NCBI GenBank assembly: GCA_003209675.1
Contig: QCPX01000008.1
Location: 3,429 to 67,428, forward strand
Length of the DNA stretch: 64,000 nt
Source of the DNA: Prochlorococcus sp. AG-442-N07
Lineage (GTDB): Bacteria; Cyanobacteriota; Cyanobacteriia; PCC-6307; Cyanobiaceae
Reading direction: 5' to 3'
Shown piece after piece: positions 34,744 through 45,024 of this stretch. How positions within the stretch are numbered: position 1 is the stretch's first letter; each line of letters begins with the position of its first letter. The notes below the pieces were generated by a model, which saw nothing but the letters and a program-made list of their open reading frames with translations, made no database searches and was not told where the DNA came from. Both the position numbers and the translations under genes were made by a program.

Positions 34744-36311
34744 AAAAAAAATTTTTTTTATCAATATTTATTATTTTAATTTCTTTTTTGCAGAATTCTT
34801 GTGCCTCAAAAAGAATATCTAAAAAAATCATAGTAGCGAGTTCTGGAAAAATTGAATCTTTAGATCCAGCTAGAGCAAATACTCTTAAAGCAATTCAATT
34901 AATCAGTTCTCTTGGAGACACATTATATGAATTAAATTCTGATGGAGAATTAATCCCTCAATTGGCCTCGGGGATGCCAGCTATTTCAAAGGATAGACTT
35001 CAAATAACTATCAATTTAAGAAAGAATGTTTTTTTTCACGATGGAACTTCATTTAATTCAAATGCTATGAAGTTTACCTTTGATAGATTCAAAAGAATTG
35101 GAACGATGAACTATATCTTAGGAAATAAGATTAAATCAATAGAAACGCCAAGTGAATATTCAGTCATAATAAATTTGAATAAACCATCAAGTTCTTTAAA
35201 TGGTTTACTCACATCAGTAAATTTAACTCCAATATCTCCTACATTTTACAAACAATATTCTGATAAGTTTCTAAATGAAAAATTCGTTGGTACTGGCAAG
35301 TATGTGCTGACTAGTTTTTCTAATGAAGTTCAATCAATTGATCCATATTTGAATTATTGGGGCGAAAAGCCCTTAAATAACGGCGTTAATTTTGTGGGAT
35401 ATTCAAATTCATCATCTCTTTTTGGGGCTTTAAAAAGTAAACAAATTGACGTGCTTTTATCAAATTCAATTGATGATAGTCAGAGAAAAAGTTTAAATAA
35501 TTTAAGCAAAAATAAAGAGTTTAATGAAGGTAATAGCCCTTTCACTGAATTAAGTTTTATAAGCCTAAAAACTAGTTCTTATCCACTAAATAATCTTAAT
35601 TTAAGACTGGCTTTGGCAAAAAGTCTTAATAGAAAATTGATTAGTGAGAAAGTAAGTTATGGATTAAGGAAGCCAACTAGATCAATTATTCCTCCGATAT
35701 TAAAAAAAGATAATCAAGAACTGTGGCCTAAATACGATTATTTAGAAGCAAAAAGGTTATTGCAAAAAGAAAATTATTGCAATGGAAATATTTTAAAAAT
35801 ACCCCTTACTTATAGATCGAATGTACCAGCTGACAAGCTTATTGCTCTGACATGGCAAGAAGAAATTAAAAGTTCTTTGAAAGATTGTATTGATATTGAA
35901 CTTAATGGGGTTGAATCTACAACAGTTTATAAGAATTTAAGTTTAGGAATTTATACGGCAGTTCTTCTCGATTGGACAGGGGCTTATTCAGATCCAGAGG
36001 CCTATCTCACCCCTCTTTTAAGTTGTAATGAAATAGTTGATGGCATATGTAAAAAAGGAGAATCAGTTTACAGCGGTAGTTTTTGGGGATCTAATAAAGT
36101 GGAAAGTTTATTTCTTGAGAGTGAAAAAATAAATGGAATTAAAAGATTAGAAAAACTTGTTGAAATTGAAAAAATAGCAGCACGTTCAATACCTTATATC
36201 CCTATTTGGATATCCTCTCAAAAAGCATGGTCACAAAATAAAATATCAAAACCTATTTTTAATGGTGCAGGAATAATTTCATTGAGTGATCTTGAGTTAA
36301 TTAATGAGTAG
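34740..36311 (+). CDS. Peptide/nickel ABC transporter substrate-binding lipoprotein (family 5)
   Basis: Lipobox-like LQNSC; SLDPA, FHDGT.F and VGTGKY motifs. Confidence 0.9.
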   Translation: MKKKFFLSIFIILISFLQNSCASKRISKKIIVASSGKIESLDPARANTLKAIQLISSLGDTLYELNSDGELIPQLASGMPAISKDRLQITINLRKNVFFHDGTSFNSNAMKFTFDRFKRIGTMNYILGNKIKSIETPSEYSVIINLNKPSSSLNGLLTSVNLTPISPTFYKQYSDKFLNEKFVGTGKYVLTSFSNEVQSIDPYLNYWGEKPLNNGVNFVGYSNSSSLFGALKSKQIDVLLSNSIDDSQRKSLNNLSKNKEFNEGNSPFTELSFISLKTSSYPLNNLNLRLALAKSLNRKLISEKVSYGLRKPTRSIIPPILKKDNQELWPKYDYLEAKRLLQKENYCNGNILKIPLTYRSNVPADKLIALTWQEEIKSSLKDCIDIELNGVESTTVYKNLSLGIYTAVLLDWTGAYSDPEAYLTPLLSCNEIVDGICKKGESVYSGSFWGSNKVESLFLESEKINGIKRLEKLVEIEKIAARSIPYIPIWISSQKAWSQNKISKPIFNGAGIISLSDLELINE

Positions 36312-37326
36312 AAATTTAAATAAACTACTAAATTATTCCCTATTAAAAATTTCATTAATACCCATAATGTTATGGATAATTTCTTCATTAGTTTTTATTT
36401 TATTAAGAGTTGCTCCGGGCGATCCTGTCGATGCAATACTTGGATCTGGTGCAGATGAGGTTTCTAGGGAACTTCTAAGAAATAAATTGGGGTTAAATGA
36501 ACCCTTAATAAATCAATATTTTTCATATATTAAAAATATATTGTTCTTAGATTTTGGCCAATCTCTTAGTACCCAAGAGCCTGTCCTTAATATTATTATT
36601 AAGTCATTGCCTGCAAGTCTTGAGCTTGGATTCTTTTCAATATTAAGTGCCATACTAATAGGATTCCCATTGGGATTACTTGGCTTAATAAATAGAGGGA
36701 AAAAGACTGATTATATTTCGAGAATATTAGGAATTGCCACATATGCGATCCCTCCTTTTTGGGGTGCAATGTTAGCGCAATTATTATTTTCTGTATTTTT
36801 TAATATTTCCCCAATTGGAGGTAGATTTCCAATATTTCAACAACAACCTCAAATTACAGGTTTTCTGGTTTTAGATAGTATTCTTTCAAATAATATTATT
36901 GCCTTGAATGATAGTCTTTATCATCTCGCACTTCCTTCGATTACCCTTGGCTTTTTATTAAGTGGTATATTTAGCCGCTCATTAAGAGTAAATTTGGATA
37001 AGACATTAAAAAGTGATTATGTAAATGCTGCTATATGTAGAGGAATATCAAGGAAAAAAATATTTTTAAACCATGCATTGTCTAATGCTCTATTGCCAAT
37101 TGTCACTATTTCTGGCTTGACTATGGCCTCATTAGCAGGAGGTGCTCTATTGTTCGAGGTAACTTTTTCATGGCCAGGTATTGCTTTAAGATTACATGAA
37201 GCTATTTCTCAAAGAGACTATACCTTGGTTCAAGGAATTGTAATTTTTACCTCTATGCTCATAGTTTCTTTAAATCTCTTCGTGGATATTTTAATCGCAT
37301 ATTTAGATCCACGAATAGAGTTCTAA
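36304..37326 (+). CDS. Peptide ABC transporter permease (DppB/OppB-like)
   Basis: PGDPV, LDFGQS, HLALP, EAA-loop DYVNAAICRG, FSWPG and DPRI motifs. Confidence 0.92.
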   Translation: MSRNLNKLLNYSLLKISLIPIMLWIISSLVFILLRVAPGDPVDAILGSGADEVSRELLRNKLGLNEPLINQYFSYIKNILFLDFGQSLSTQEPVLNIIIKSLPASLELGFFSILSAILIGFPLGLLGLINRGKKTDYISRILGIATYAIPPFWGAMLAQLLFSVFFNISPIGGRFPIFQQQPQITGFLVLDSILSNNIIALNDSLYHLALPSITLGFLLSGIFSRSLRVNLDKTLKSDYVNAAICRGISRKKIFLNHALSNALLPIVTISGLTMASLAGGALLFEVTFSWPGIALRLHEAISQRDYTLVQGIVIFTSMLIVSLNLFVDILIAYLDPRIEF

Positions 37327-38873
37327 TTTTTGGAAATTTCTTTTATTGTTTCAAGATCTAAAAGATGGAAATCAAGTCCTAAATCTCTTTCGTTTTTAAT
37401 CACATTAGGGATCTTTTGTTCCTTAATATTTTTTAAAAATTCAACTATAAATTTAGTAGATAAATCTTGTACTAATATTGGCTCTGAACCAATAAAAGTT
37501 TCATTTATTTTGAAGACGTCATTATTTTCTTCATAGCTTTTATTAATTCTTATTGGAGAGAAATGACTTGCCCCTTCAATAATTAGAAATCTATTTGATG
37601 GATTATTTAAAGCAGAAAAAACTCTAAATTGTTCATTCATTAATGGTGTTATAAGGTCATAAGTACCACCTATTAGAAGAGTTGGTGTTTTAATGCCTGT
37701 ACTATTTTCTTTAGGCCAAATTAAACTGCCAAATGAATTAAAACCTATAATCGCACTGGCCTTATTAGAGTTATTTTTCTTAGGGAATGGTATTTCGCTC
37801 AACTGACATTGAAGTAATTTAGATAAATTTGTTACCGCAAAGTCTTTTAATGCCGAATCACATTTGTCCTCTAGTTTATCAGTAGGTTTATTGCCTTCAT
37901 ATAAAAGTGCTATTAAAGCACCAAGTGAATGCCCCATTAAAATATAAGAATCATTAGGTAACTCAAATTCTCCATTTTTATGAGCTTTTAATACAGCATC
38001 TAAATCTTTAATTCTATATAAGAAAAAGTCTGCACTTCCTGGGATTGTGTCCTTACCTTCGAGTACTTCTATAAATGACTCCAAATTACTGCCACTATGA
38101 TCTATGAATAATATTGGCCAACCTCTTTTAGCCAATTCGTTGCCTATCCATTTGAAATTATTAATTTCGCCTCCAAGCCCTGGCATAAAAATTATCAGTT
38201 CTTTATCTGCATTTGTTTTATTGCTTTTCCATATTTCAATTTCAAAAGGTTTCACTCGGTGAGGAGCATAAATTTTTTTATCAATTTTTATAAGATCTTG
38301 AGTTAATTTTTTTTCAGTATTTTTGAAGGAATTTTGGTTCGTGCTTTCAAGTTTATTTAATTTGGATAAAAGTTCTTGTTGCATTGATAATTCATTTTTC
38401 CAAGATGAAATTATTAAAATTAAATTATCAATATCAAGTGAGATTTCTTCTGATGGTAATGCCTTTATGATTTCTAAAGTTGAAACTTCTTTTTTTTGAT
38501 CTAATAAATTTTCTATAGTGTTATATATTTCTGTTCCATCATTGTCATTTGGTAATTTAATGCTTTTGCTTAATTCCGTAAGAATTTTACGACCTATCCA
38601 ACTTCTTAATATTTCTCTATTTAATCCCTCTTCTTTGAAAACTGGAAATTCTAAAAATTTTGATAATTCAAAAATTCTTATAAATCCAATTTTTTTTAAC
38701 CAATCTATTAATTCTGTTGAATCATCTTTGTATTTTTCTAATTTTGATAATTGTTCTATAGTAAGAGGGATTTCCATCTCTTCAAACTTAATATTTATCT
38801 TTTCAGCAGCCTTTAAACCATTATTAAAAAATAAACCACAAAAACTAAAAAAAATTATAAAAATGTATTTCAC
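37323..38873 (-). CDS. Alpha/beta hydrolase with N-terminal DUF1400-like domain
   Basis: Signal peptide, AAEKI, GHSLG nucleophile elbow, GGTYD and GASHF motifs. Confidence 0.85.
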   Translation of the reverse strand: MKYIFIIFFSFCGLFFNNGLKAAEKINIKFEEMEIPLTIEQLSKLEKYKDDSTELIDWLKKIGFIRIFELSKFLEFPVFKEEGLNREILRSWIGRKILTELSKSIKLPNDNDGTEIYNTIENLLDQKKEVSTLEIIKALPSEEISLDIDNLILIISSWKNELSMQQELLSKLNKLESTNQNSFKNTEKKLTQDLIKIDKKIYAPHRVKPFEIEIWKSNKTNADKELIIFMPGLGGEINNFKWIGNELAKRGWPILFIDHSGSNLESFIEVLEGKDTIPGSADFFLYRIKDLDAVLKAHKNGEFELPNDSYILMGHSLGALIALLYEGNKPTDKLEDKCDSALKDFAVTNLSKLLQCQLSEIPFPKKNNSNKASAIIGFNSFGSLIWPKENSTGIKTPTLLIGGTYDLITPLMNEQFRVFSALNNPSNRFLIIEGASHFSPIRINKSYEENNDVFKINETFIGSEPILVQDLSTKFIVEFLKNIKEQKIPNVIKNERDLGLDFHLLDLETIKEISKN

Positions 38874-38875
38874 TA

Positions 38876-40105
38876 GTGATTAGTCCAAATAGTTTACAAA
38901 TTAGCAAAAATTGGTGGATTCAATTTCCTTATCATTTGAGGTTAATAACCAAGATAAGATTTTTCGCTGCATTTGGAGCAGGAGGTGTTATTTATTTAAC
39001 ATCACTTATTTTTAATAACCTAGGATTATCGGCGACAGATATTGGCCTGGGATTTACCATTTCAGCAATAATTGGAACAGTAACAAGACTCTTTACAGGT
39101 AATTATCTTAATAAAACGGGAAAAATACAATTTCCGATAATTACTTCTTCAATATTAAGTATTGCCTCTAGCTTTTGCCTCATTTTTTCAAGAGATACTC
39201 TTTTGTACATAATTGGACAAGCACTTGTTGGGGCTGCTGCAGGAATATATTGGCCTGCTGCCGAGTTTGGGGTGCCCTATTTTTGTCATCCTATTGAAAC
39301 ACGTAAAGCTTATGCCCTTGTTAGAAGTTCGGAAGCTTTAGGAATATTTCTAGGGGTATTCTTAGGGGGGTATATGACGAATTTTTTGTATTCTAAATCA
39401 ATATTTATAAATGATATATTTTGCATGTTAGTTATCACGAATTTAATATCTAGAAATAGTTCTTCTATAAAAAGAAACTTAGAAAATTTTCAAAAAAAAT
39501 TAGTAGATCCAATTAATCAGGGACAATTGAAATGGAATAAAAATTCAACAATAATAATTTTATCTATTTTATTGATAACTACCTCTTTAGCCTTGATACA
39601 AGTAACTTTGCCTCTGGATCTTGTTAAAGGTGGAGTATATCGTAATGCATTAAGCAAAGAAATTATTAGTCTTATAATTTCTATTCAGTTAATTTTATTG
39701 TTGTTTTTACAATGGCCTGTCGGTTCTTGGATATCTAAGAAAGAAAGATTATTTGGCTTGAAATTTAGTTTAATAAATTTCACTTTCGCTTCATTTTTAT
39801 TATTTATTTCTAGTTATTTAAATATCCCAGCTTTTTATTTAATTTCTTTGGCATTGATTTTAGTAAGTTTAGGGACTGCTTCATTTCTTCCAACATCAAC
39901 AGATGTCGTTTTCAGAATAGCTCCTTCAAATAAAAAAGGTTTTGCACTTGCTCTATTATCACAATGTTTCGCTATGGGTTATTTTTTTGGACCATTTATT
40001 TCAGGACGCATATTAGATATATTTGGTTATGCTTCAATAATCTGGCTTTCAATTTCTTGTTGTTGCTTTATTGCCTTTACAATTCTATTTAAGAGATTAT
40101 TTTAA
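38876..40105 (+). CDS. MFS transporter
   Basis: About 12 hydrophobic helices; G.YLNKTG loop; FGPFISG. Confidence 0.85.
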   Translation: MISPNSLQISKNWWIQFPYHLRLITKIRFFAAFGAGGVIYLTSLIFNNLGLSATDIGLGFTISAIIGTVTRLFTGNYLNKTGKIQFPIITSSILSIASSFCLIFSRDTLLYIIGQALVGAAAGIYWPAAEFGVPYFCHPIETRKAYALVRSSEALGIFLGVFLGGYMTNFLYSKSIFINDIFCMLVITNLISRNSSSIKRNLENFQKKLVDPINQGQLKWNKNSTIIILSILLITTSLALIQVTLPLDLVKGGVYRNALSKEIISLIISIQLILLLFLQWPVGSWISKKERLFGLKFSLINFTFASFLLFISSYLNIPAFYLISLALILVSLGTASFLPTSTDVVFRIAPSNKKGFALALLSQCFAMGYFFGPFISGRILDIFGYASIIWLSISCCCFIAFTILFKRLF

Positions 40106-40473
40106 TTAATCTTTTCTAATTCAATAATTCTTCTCTCTCTTAGAAATAAGAAAAAAGGTGCAGAGAATGCAAAGGCTATAAGAAAAGTCCCAATGTATAC
40201 AACCCACATATTTTTCATATTTAGTTTTTTTGATTCATTTACTATCCATATAAAAATAGCGCTTGCACCTACTAACAAGTCTCTAGAAATTGACTGAGCT
40301 GCAGGGTTTGCATTCGCTAAAGAAATGAAGTTATTTATATCAAAGCTGTTTCCATATTCCCTAGCAAATTCGAAATTTGCCAACATTGGCAGAACAGCTC
40401 CCAAAATTGATAGAAAAAGGTAAAGAAAAGATAGTATCTGTTTATTATCTTTTAAAATGTTAAATGAATTCAC
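40102..40473 (-). CDS. DUF2834-like membrane protein
   Basis: NPAAQSISRDL and AFSAPFFLFLRER motifs. Confidence 0.75.
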   Translation of the reverse strand: MNSFNILKDNKQILSFLYLFLSILGAVLPMLANFEFAREYGNSFDINNFISLANANPAAQSISRDLLVGASAIFIWIVNESKKLNMKNMWVVYIGTFLIAFAFSAPFFLFLRERRIIELEKIN

Positions 40474-40514
40474 TTTTCAAAAATATTTCTTTTAATAATA
40501 GTATTTAAAAGCTT

Positions 40515-41384
40515 ATGGTTGTTGAAAAGAATAATAAAGTTGGAGACTATAAATTTAAAAAAGGAAATTTAAATTTTGCCGTCATTGGTCATGTTGAGTG
40601 GATAAATTTTTTAAAGGTTGATCAATTACCAAAACCCGGAGTTATTTCTCATTCTGAAAAGTCCCTTGAGTATCCAGCTGGTGGTGGATCTATTATCGCG
40701 AAAACACTTTCTGATTTAACCTTAAACCAAATTCATTTTTTTACGTCATTAGGTAATGATGATTATGGAGATAAGTGTTTCAAGATTCTCTCAAATATGG
40801 GAATTAAGTTGCATGTAGCTTGGCGTGATAAACCAACTAGAAGAGGATTTAGTTTAATTGACTCTCAAGGTGAAAGAGCTATAACAGTTATTGGAGAAAG
40901 GTTAGCTCCAACTCATAAAGACAATTTACAATGGAACATTTTAAAAAAAATGGACGGAATTTTTATTACTGCATCTGATTCAGAGATTTTTAAAATGGCT
41001 AGATCAGCTTCAATACTGTGTACAACACCAAGGGTAGGATTAAATACAATTAATAATTCAAATGTTCTTTTAGATGGATTAATAGGCAGTAATCTTGATC
41101 CCGGAGAAGTTTTTTCTTTTTCTGAATTATCGTTAAAACCGAAATATACTGTTAAAACCGAGGGAGAGAAGGGAGGCATAATATTCCCAGGAGGAAGATA
41201 TAAGGCTCTTAAAAACAAAAAATTAAAGGTTGATTCTTATGGATGTGGTGATTCTTTTGCTGCAGGCTTTCTTTATGGAATGGCATCTAAATGGGATATA
41301 GATAAAAGTTTAAATCTTGCTAAAGTAATGGGAAGAGACGCTAGTGAATTTTTCGGACCATATAAAAATAATGATGAAAAATGA
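40515..41384 (+). CDS. PfkB-family carbohydrate kinase
   Basis: PAGGG, GNDDYG and VDSYGCGDSFAAGF motifs. Confidence 0.88.
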   Translation: MVVEKNNKVGDYKFKKGNLNFAVIGHVEWINFLKVDQLPKPGVISHSEKSLEYPAGGGSIIAKTLSDLTLNQIHFFTSLGNDDYGDKCFKILSNMGIKLHVAWRDKPTRRGFSLIDSQGERAITVIGERLAPTHKDNLQWNILKKMDGIFITASDSEIFKMARSASILCTTPRVGLNTINNSNVLLDGLIGSNLDPGEVFSFSELSLKPKYTVKTEGEKGGIIFPGGRYKALKNKKLKVDSYGCGDSFAAGFLYGMASKWDIDKSLNLAKVMGRDASEFFGPYKNNDEK

Positions 41385-41400
41385 TTGAATTAACACTTAC

Positions 41401-41598
41401 ATGAGCAATCTAGATAATAAAAATAAAAATAAAAATATTCTTGTAGAAAACATTATTGTTTTCTTTTTGTTTACTGTTTTTTTGGTTTTTAAATCCTTGA
41501 AAACTTTATCTAGAATTTTTACTTATGGAATCTTAAGAAAAGAAATATTAACTACTAAAAGTAACTTAGGCGTAGATATTAAAATAAAAATTAAATAG
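41401..41598 (+). CDS. Hypothetical small membrane protein
   Basis: 65-aa ORF with one TM helix, in the operon-like run. Confidence 0.5.
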   Translation: MSNLDNKNKNKNILVENIIVFFLFTVFLVFKSLKTLSRIFTYGILRKEILTTKSNLGVDIKIKIK

Positions 41599-41601
41599 TT
41601 A

Positions 41602-41955
41602 ATGAATATATTTTTATTTTTTCTAATTTTAGGAGTTGTTTTTTTGGTCTACAAAAAAATTAGCTTTAAAAAACCAAAGAACTTAAAATTAAACAAATTT
41701 AAAAATAAACTTCAAAGCACGCAAACAAATATTGAAAGAATTTTTTTAAGAGAGGAAGAAAAAATCTTTTCAAACCCTAATATAAATATCTATATTGGGA
41801 GTTATGATAACGAAGAAAATATTAATAGGAAATCTAATATTCACAGAGCAAGGCTTTCAAAATTTAAGAAATCCAAATTAAATGGTGAAATGATATTTCA
41901 AGATGATGAACAAAGGATTTATAAATTTAATAATGGTAAGAAAGTTTACTTATAA
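41602..41955 (+). CDS. Hypothetical protein with N-terminal membrane anchor
   Basis: 117-aa ORF; IHRARL motif. Confidence 0.6.
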   Translation: MNIFLFFLILGVVFLVYKKISFKKPKNLKLNKFKNKLQSTQTNIERIFLREEEKIFSNPNINIYIGSYDNEENINRKSNIHRARLSKFKKSKLNGEMIFQDDEQRIYKFNNGKKVYL

Positions 41956-41963
41956 TTTTAATG

Positions 41964-42482
41964 CTAACTACACTCAAGACTTTCTCTAGTTGAAACGCCT
42001 GTTGTTGGATTGATCCCATCAGCAATTTCACAAAGGTTTCTTTGGTCTTCGCTGTCAAGAATGGCATAAGAAAAATCTGCTCCTTCTATTTGAGCTCCTG
42101 CAAAACTGCTGCCTGATGCGATCATATTAATTAAAACAGCATTTCTAAGATCTGTTTTTTGGAAATTAACTCGATCAGAAAGAGTATCGGTTAGGTCGAT
42201 TCCATTTAGATTAGAACCTTTTAAATCAGATAGGGTTAAGGTTGTCCCATGTAAATCAACACCACTAAAATCTGCGTCTCTAGCAACTGCTCCAGCTATA
42301 GAAGACAAATGAAGATCCTCTCCATGGAAATCAAATCCTGTAATATTAGATCTTACATAACTTGGGACTTCATCTCCTTCGCCCTTAACAGCAACATTCG
42401 CCCCAGCAAAAACTGGAGAGGATAAAACCAAGAAAGAAAATGTTATGCATAAAAAATATCTTAAAAACCTAAAAAATTTCAT
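41964..42482 (-). CDS. Secreted/lumenal pentapeptide repeat protein
   Basis: Signal peptide; A(D/N)LXX repeats; terminal [22 protein letters not shown]. Confidence 0.9.
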   Translation of the reverse strand: MKFFRFLRYFLCITFSFLVLSSPVFAGANVAVKGEGDEVPSYVRSNITGFDFHGEDLHLSSIAGAVARDADFSGVDLHGTTLTLSDLKGSNLNGIDLTDTLSDRVNFQKTDLRNAVLINMIASGSSFAGAQIEGADFSYAILDSEDQRNLCEIADGINPTTGVSTRESLECS

Positions 42483-42565
42483 ATAAAAAAATTTGAGTAA
42501 TTTTATTTTATAACAATTAGATAATTTTTAAAATTGATATATAAATTTGGAACTCCTTTTTAAGA

Positions 42566-43087
42566 TTATTTAACACTATAAATTTTAAATCTAGGTTCTA
42601 GATTGGTTATACAATCTAGAAGCTTTTTGTTATCTTTGCTATTCGTAACCTTGAATTCAGATTCAACTGTACCGCCTTCATCTCTAATGGCTTGATTTAA
42701 AACTATGGAACCATTTTCGTCAGATACCGATCTATGAAAAGTTCCTCTAGGTATCCTTAAAATATATCCGCAAGATTCTAATCTAACTTTATAAAAAGGG
42801 TAATCCCAACCAAAATTGACAAGAAAAAATGTTCTACCCCCAGAGATAGCTAATAGATTATCTTCTTGATTGTGATGTATGTAAAATTGCCAATTGTTTA
42901 AATCTTCATCATTTGGAGGACTAACCGCAGGACCACTGTGAATTACTAGATCTCTATAATTTGATTCATTAACACTAATATCAAAAAATCTGACATCTTT
43001 TGTATCGCGAAATTTTTCATAACTTATCAATTCAAACATTTTTGATTTATTTGATTTGATAACTGGAATTTCTAAACTTGAGTTCAA
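42566..43087 (-). CDS. Cupin-like hypothetical protein
   Basis: FYIHHNQED ... LRIPRGTFHRS, a cupin-type metal-ligand arrangement. Confidence 0.65.
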   Translation of the reverse strand: MNSSLEIPVIKSNKSKMFELISYEKFRDTKDVRFFDISVNESNYRDLVIHSGPAVSPPNDEDLNNWQFYIHHNQEDNLLAISGGRTFFLVNFGWDYPFYKVRLESCGYILRIPRGTFHRSVSDENGSIVLNQAIRDEGGTVESEFKVTNSKDNKKLLDCITNLEPRFKIYSVK

Positions 43088-43212
43088 TTTTCTTTAAAGA
43101 TTAAACAAATGAAAACAGATATATATATCTAAGAACGTATCAATTAACACTAAAAAAGAAACATATTATTATTTAGATTGATTTGTTATTTTAAAAGATA
43201 AAAATTTAGTGT

Positions 43213-44070
43213 TTATTTAATTTCAAGAGGTTTGATTTCCCAGGATAAAGTATTTTCTAGATTATTTTTTCCTATGAAGTTTCCTGTAATTACAGAGGTT
43301 AAATTAGATTTAGAAGAAGATACTAATGTTAAATATCTTTCGTCTATTAATCCTTTTCCGCTTGGATCAAAACCTCTCCAACCAGCACCTGGAATGTATA
43401 ACTCAGCCCAAGCATGTAAATCTAACTCAGAGGGCAATGGATCTTCAAAATGATAACCACTTACAAATCTACTTGGGATACCAATAGACCTACAAGCTTC
43501 AACCATGAGCATTGCTAAATCTCTGCATGAACCTATACGTTCTTTAAGTGTTCTGCTCGCTGGCCATGCAGGACCTGTATGTCTTTTTGTATATTTAACC
43601 CGATCTTGAATAATCTCTATAAGTTGGTAAGTAAATGATAATGCGTTATTAAAACTTCCTGCTAATGCTTCTTGGGCAAGTTCAACTGCAGAGGGATCGT
43701 GCTGTCCATTTGGCATCCATCCCTCTAATGCCCCTTGTAAATCTCTGTTTATGATACTTCTGCAAAAAGGTAATGTTAGATCTCTATTTTTTACCCCATC
43801 AATAATATTTGGATGTTTAATGGTCTCAACTTCGCTTATTGATTCAATAATTAAATTATCTGTTGCTCCATTGAATCTAATTCGATTAATCTCTTCGCCA
43901 CTTGCAGCAAGTAATGGATAAATAATTTCTGGTTCTGGGGTTATTTTTAATTCAAAATTCTTCAGATTTTGGAATCCATTTGACCTTGGCTTTATACACA
44001 ATCTATGCTCGCCTAATTGAACAGGTTCTTCATATTTATATTCAAGTTTGTGAAGGTATTTAATTCTCAT
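43213..44070 (-). CDS. Transglutaminase-like protein with N-terminal bacterial TGase domain
   Basis: Catalytic GSCRD, RFVSGY, HAWAE and GWRGFDPS motifs. Confidence 0.92.
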   Translation of the reverse strand: MRIKYLHKLEYKYEEPVQLGEHRLCIKPRSNGFQNLKNFELKITPEPEIIYPLLAASGEEINRIRFNGATDNLIIESISEVETIKHPNIIDGVKNRDLTLPFCRSIINRDLQGALEGWMPNGQHDPSAVELAQEALAGSFNNALSFTYQLIEIIQDRVKYTKRHTGPAWPASRTLKERIGSCRDLAMLMVEACRSIGIPSRFVSGYHFEDPLPSELDLHAWAELYIPGAGWRGFDPSGKGLIDERYLTLVSSSKSNLTSVITGNFIGKNNLENTLSWEIKPLEIK

Positions 44071-44081
44071 TAAAAAACTTA

Positions 44082-45023
44082 TTAATTGATAAAGTATTTT
44101 TCTTGAATGAGATCATTTAATTTATTCAAATCAATTTGCAATGAATCGATTGCCTCATGTAAACCATCATTAATTATATCTTCAATTCTGATATAACTCC
44201 ACTTTGCTTTGAGCAAGCCTCTCATGCATTCTAATTCGGAAGGATTTTCAGGAGGAGGAGAGGTATCTATCATCTTAAGAGTATTGCTTATCCCATCAAG
44301 ACAGTATCTTATTGATCTCGGGAAAATTGGATCCAGTAAAAGGAATCTTGCAACTGATTCAGGCTTAATAGAATTTTGCTCTGCTTTCCTAAACATTTGA
44401 TAAGCTCCAGCGGAACGTAAAAGAGCGATCCATTGCAACTCATCAAGAACACCTCCAAGTTCATCTAGGCTGGGGAGAAGTAAATAATATTTAACATCTA
44501 AAATTCTCGATGTTTTATCAGCTCTCTCAACTAATCTTCCAAGAATGCTAAATCTCCAAGCAAGGTCTTTGCTTAAAGTCGCATCTGTAATTCCATAAAA
44601 AAGCTGACATGCTCTCCTTATTTCACTTAATTGTTCTTGTCTTGGCTTATTCCATATTGCTTCTCCTTCTTGCATATTCCAATATAAAATATTAATTTGC
44701 TCCCACATTTCTGTTGTCAACACGTCTCTTATTTGTCGTGCGTTTTCTCTAGCTAATTGAATACAAGAAATTATGCTGTTTGGATTTAAACGATCTCTTA
44801 TTAAAAAATTTATAACGTCATCAGGCTTTTTTTCTGGGAATCTTTTATCAAAAGATTCTCTGTCGCTTGAAGCATCAATTAACGGGAGCCAAGGTTCTGC
44901 ACTTCCTGGTGGACAATCTAATGACATTGCTTCACTTACTTCCACAAAACGAGATATATTTTCTGCTCGTTCTAAATAACGATTGATCCAATAAAGAGAT
45001 TCTGCTACACGACTTAAAAGCAT
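44082..45023 (-). CDS. Alpha-E domain protein (DUF403)
   Basis: MLLSRVAESLYWINRYLERAEN, second ERAD repeat, FPRSI. Confidence 0.93.
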   Translation of the reverse strand: MLLSRVAESLYWINRYLERAENISRFVEVSEAMSLDCPPGSAEPWLPLIDASSDRESFDKRFPEKKPDDVINFLIRDRLNPNSIISCIQLARENARQIRDVLTTEMWEQINILYWNMQEGEAIWNKPRQEQLSEIRRACQLFYGITDATLSKDLAWRFSILGRLVERADKTSRILDVKYYLLLPSLDELGGVLDELQWIALLRSAGAYQMFRKAEQNSIKPESVARFLLLDPIFPRSIRYCLDGISNTLKMIDTSPPPENPSELECMRGLLKAKWSYIRIEDIINDGLHEAIDSLQIDLNKLNDLIQEKYFIN

Positions 45024-45024
45024 A

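Noticed and set aside
41964-42482. Pentapeptide repeats as a gyrase-protecting Qnr-like protein, given gyrA in the window
   Set aside because: It has a signal peptide and the C-terminal Cys motif of common lumenal cyanobacterial pentapeptide proteins, so it is in the wrong compartment
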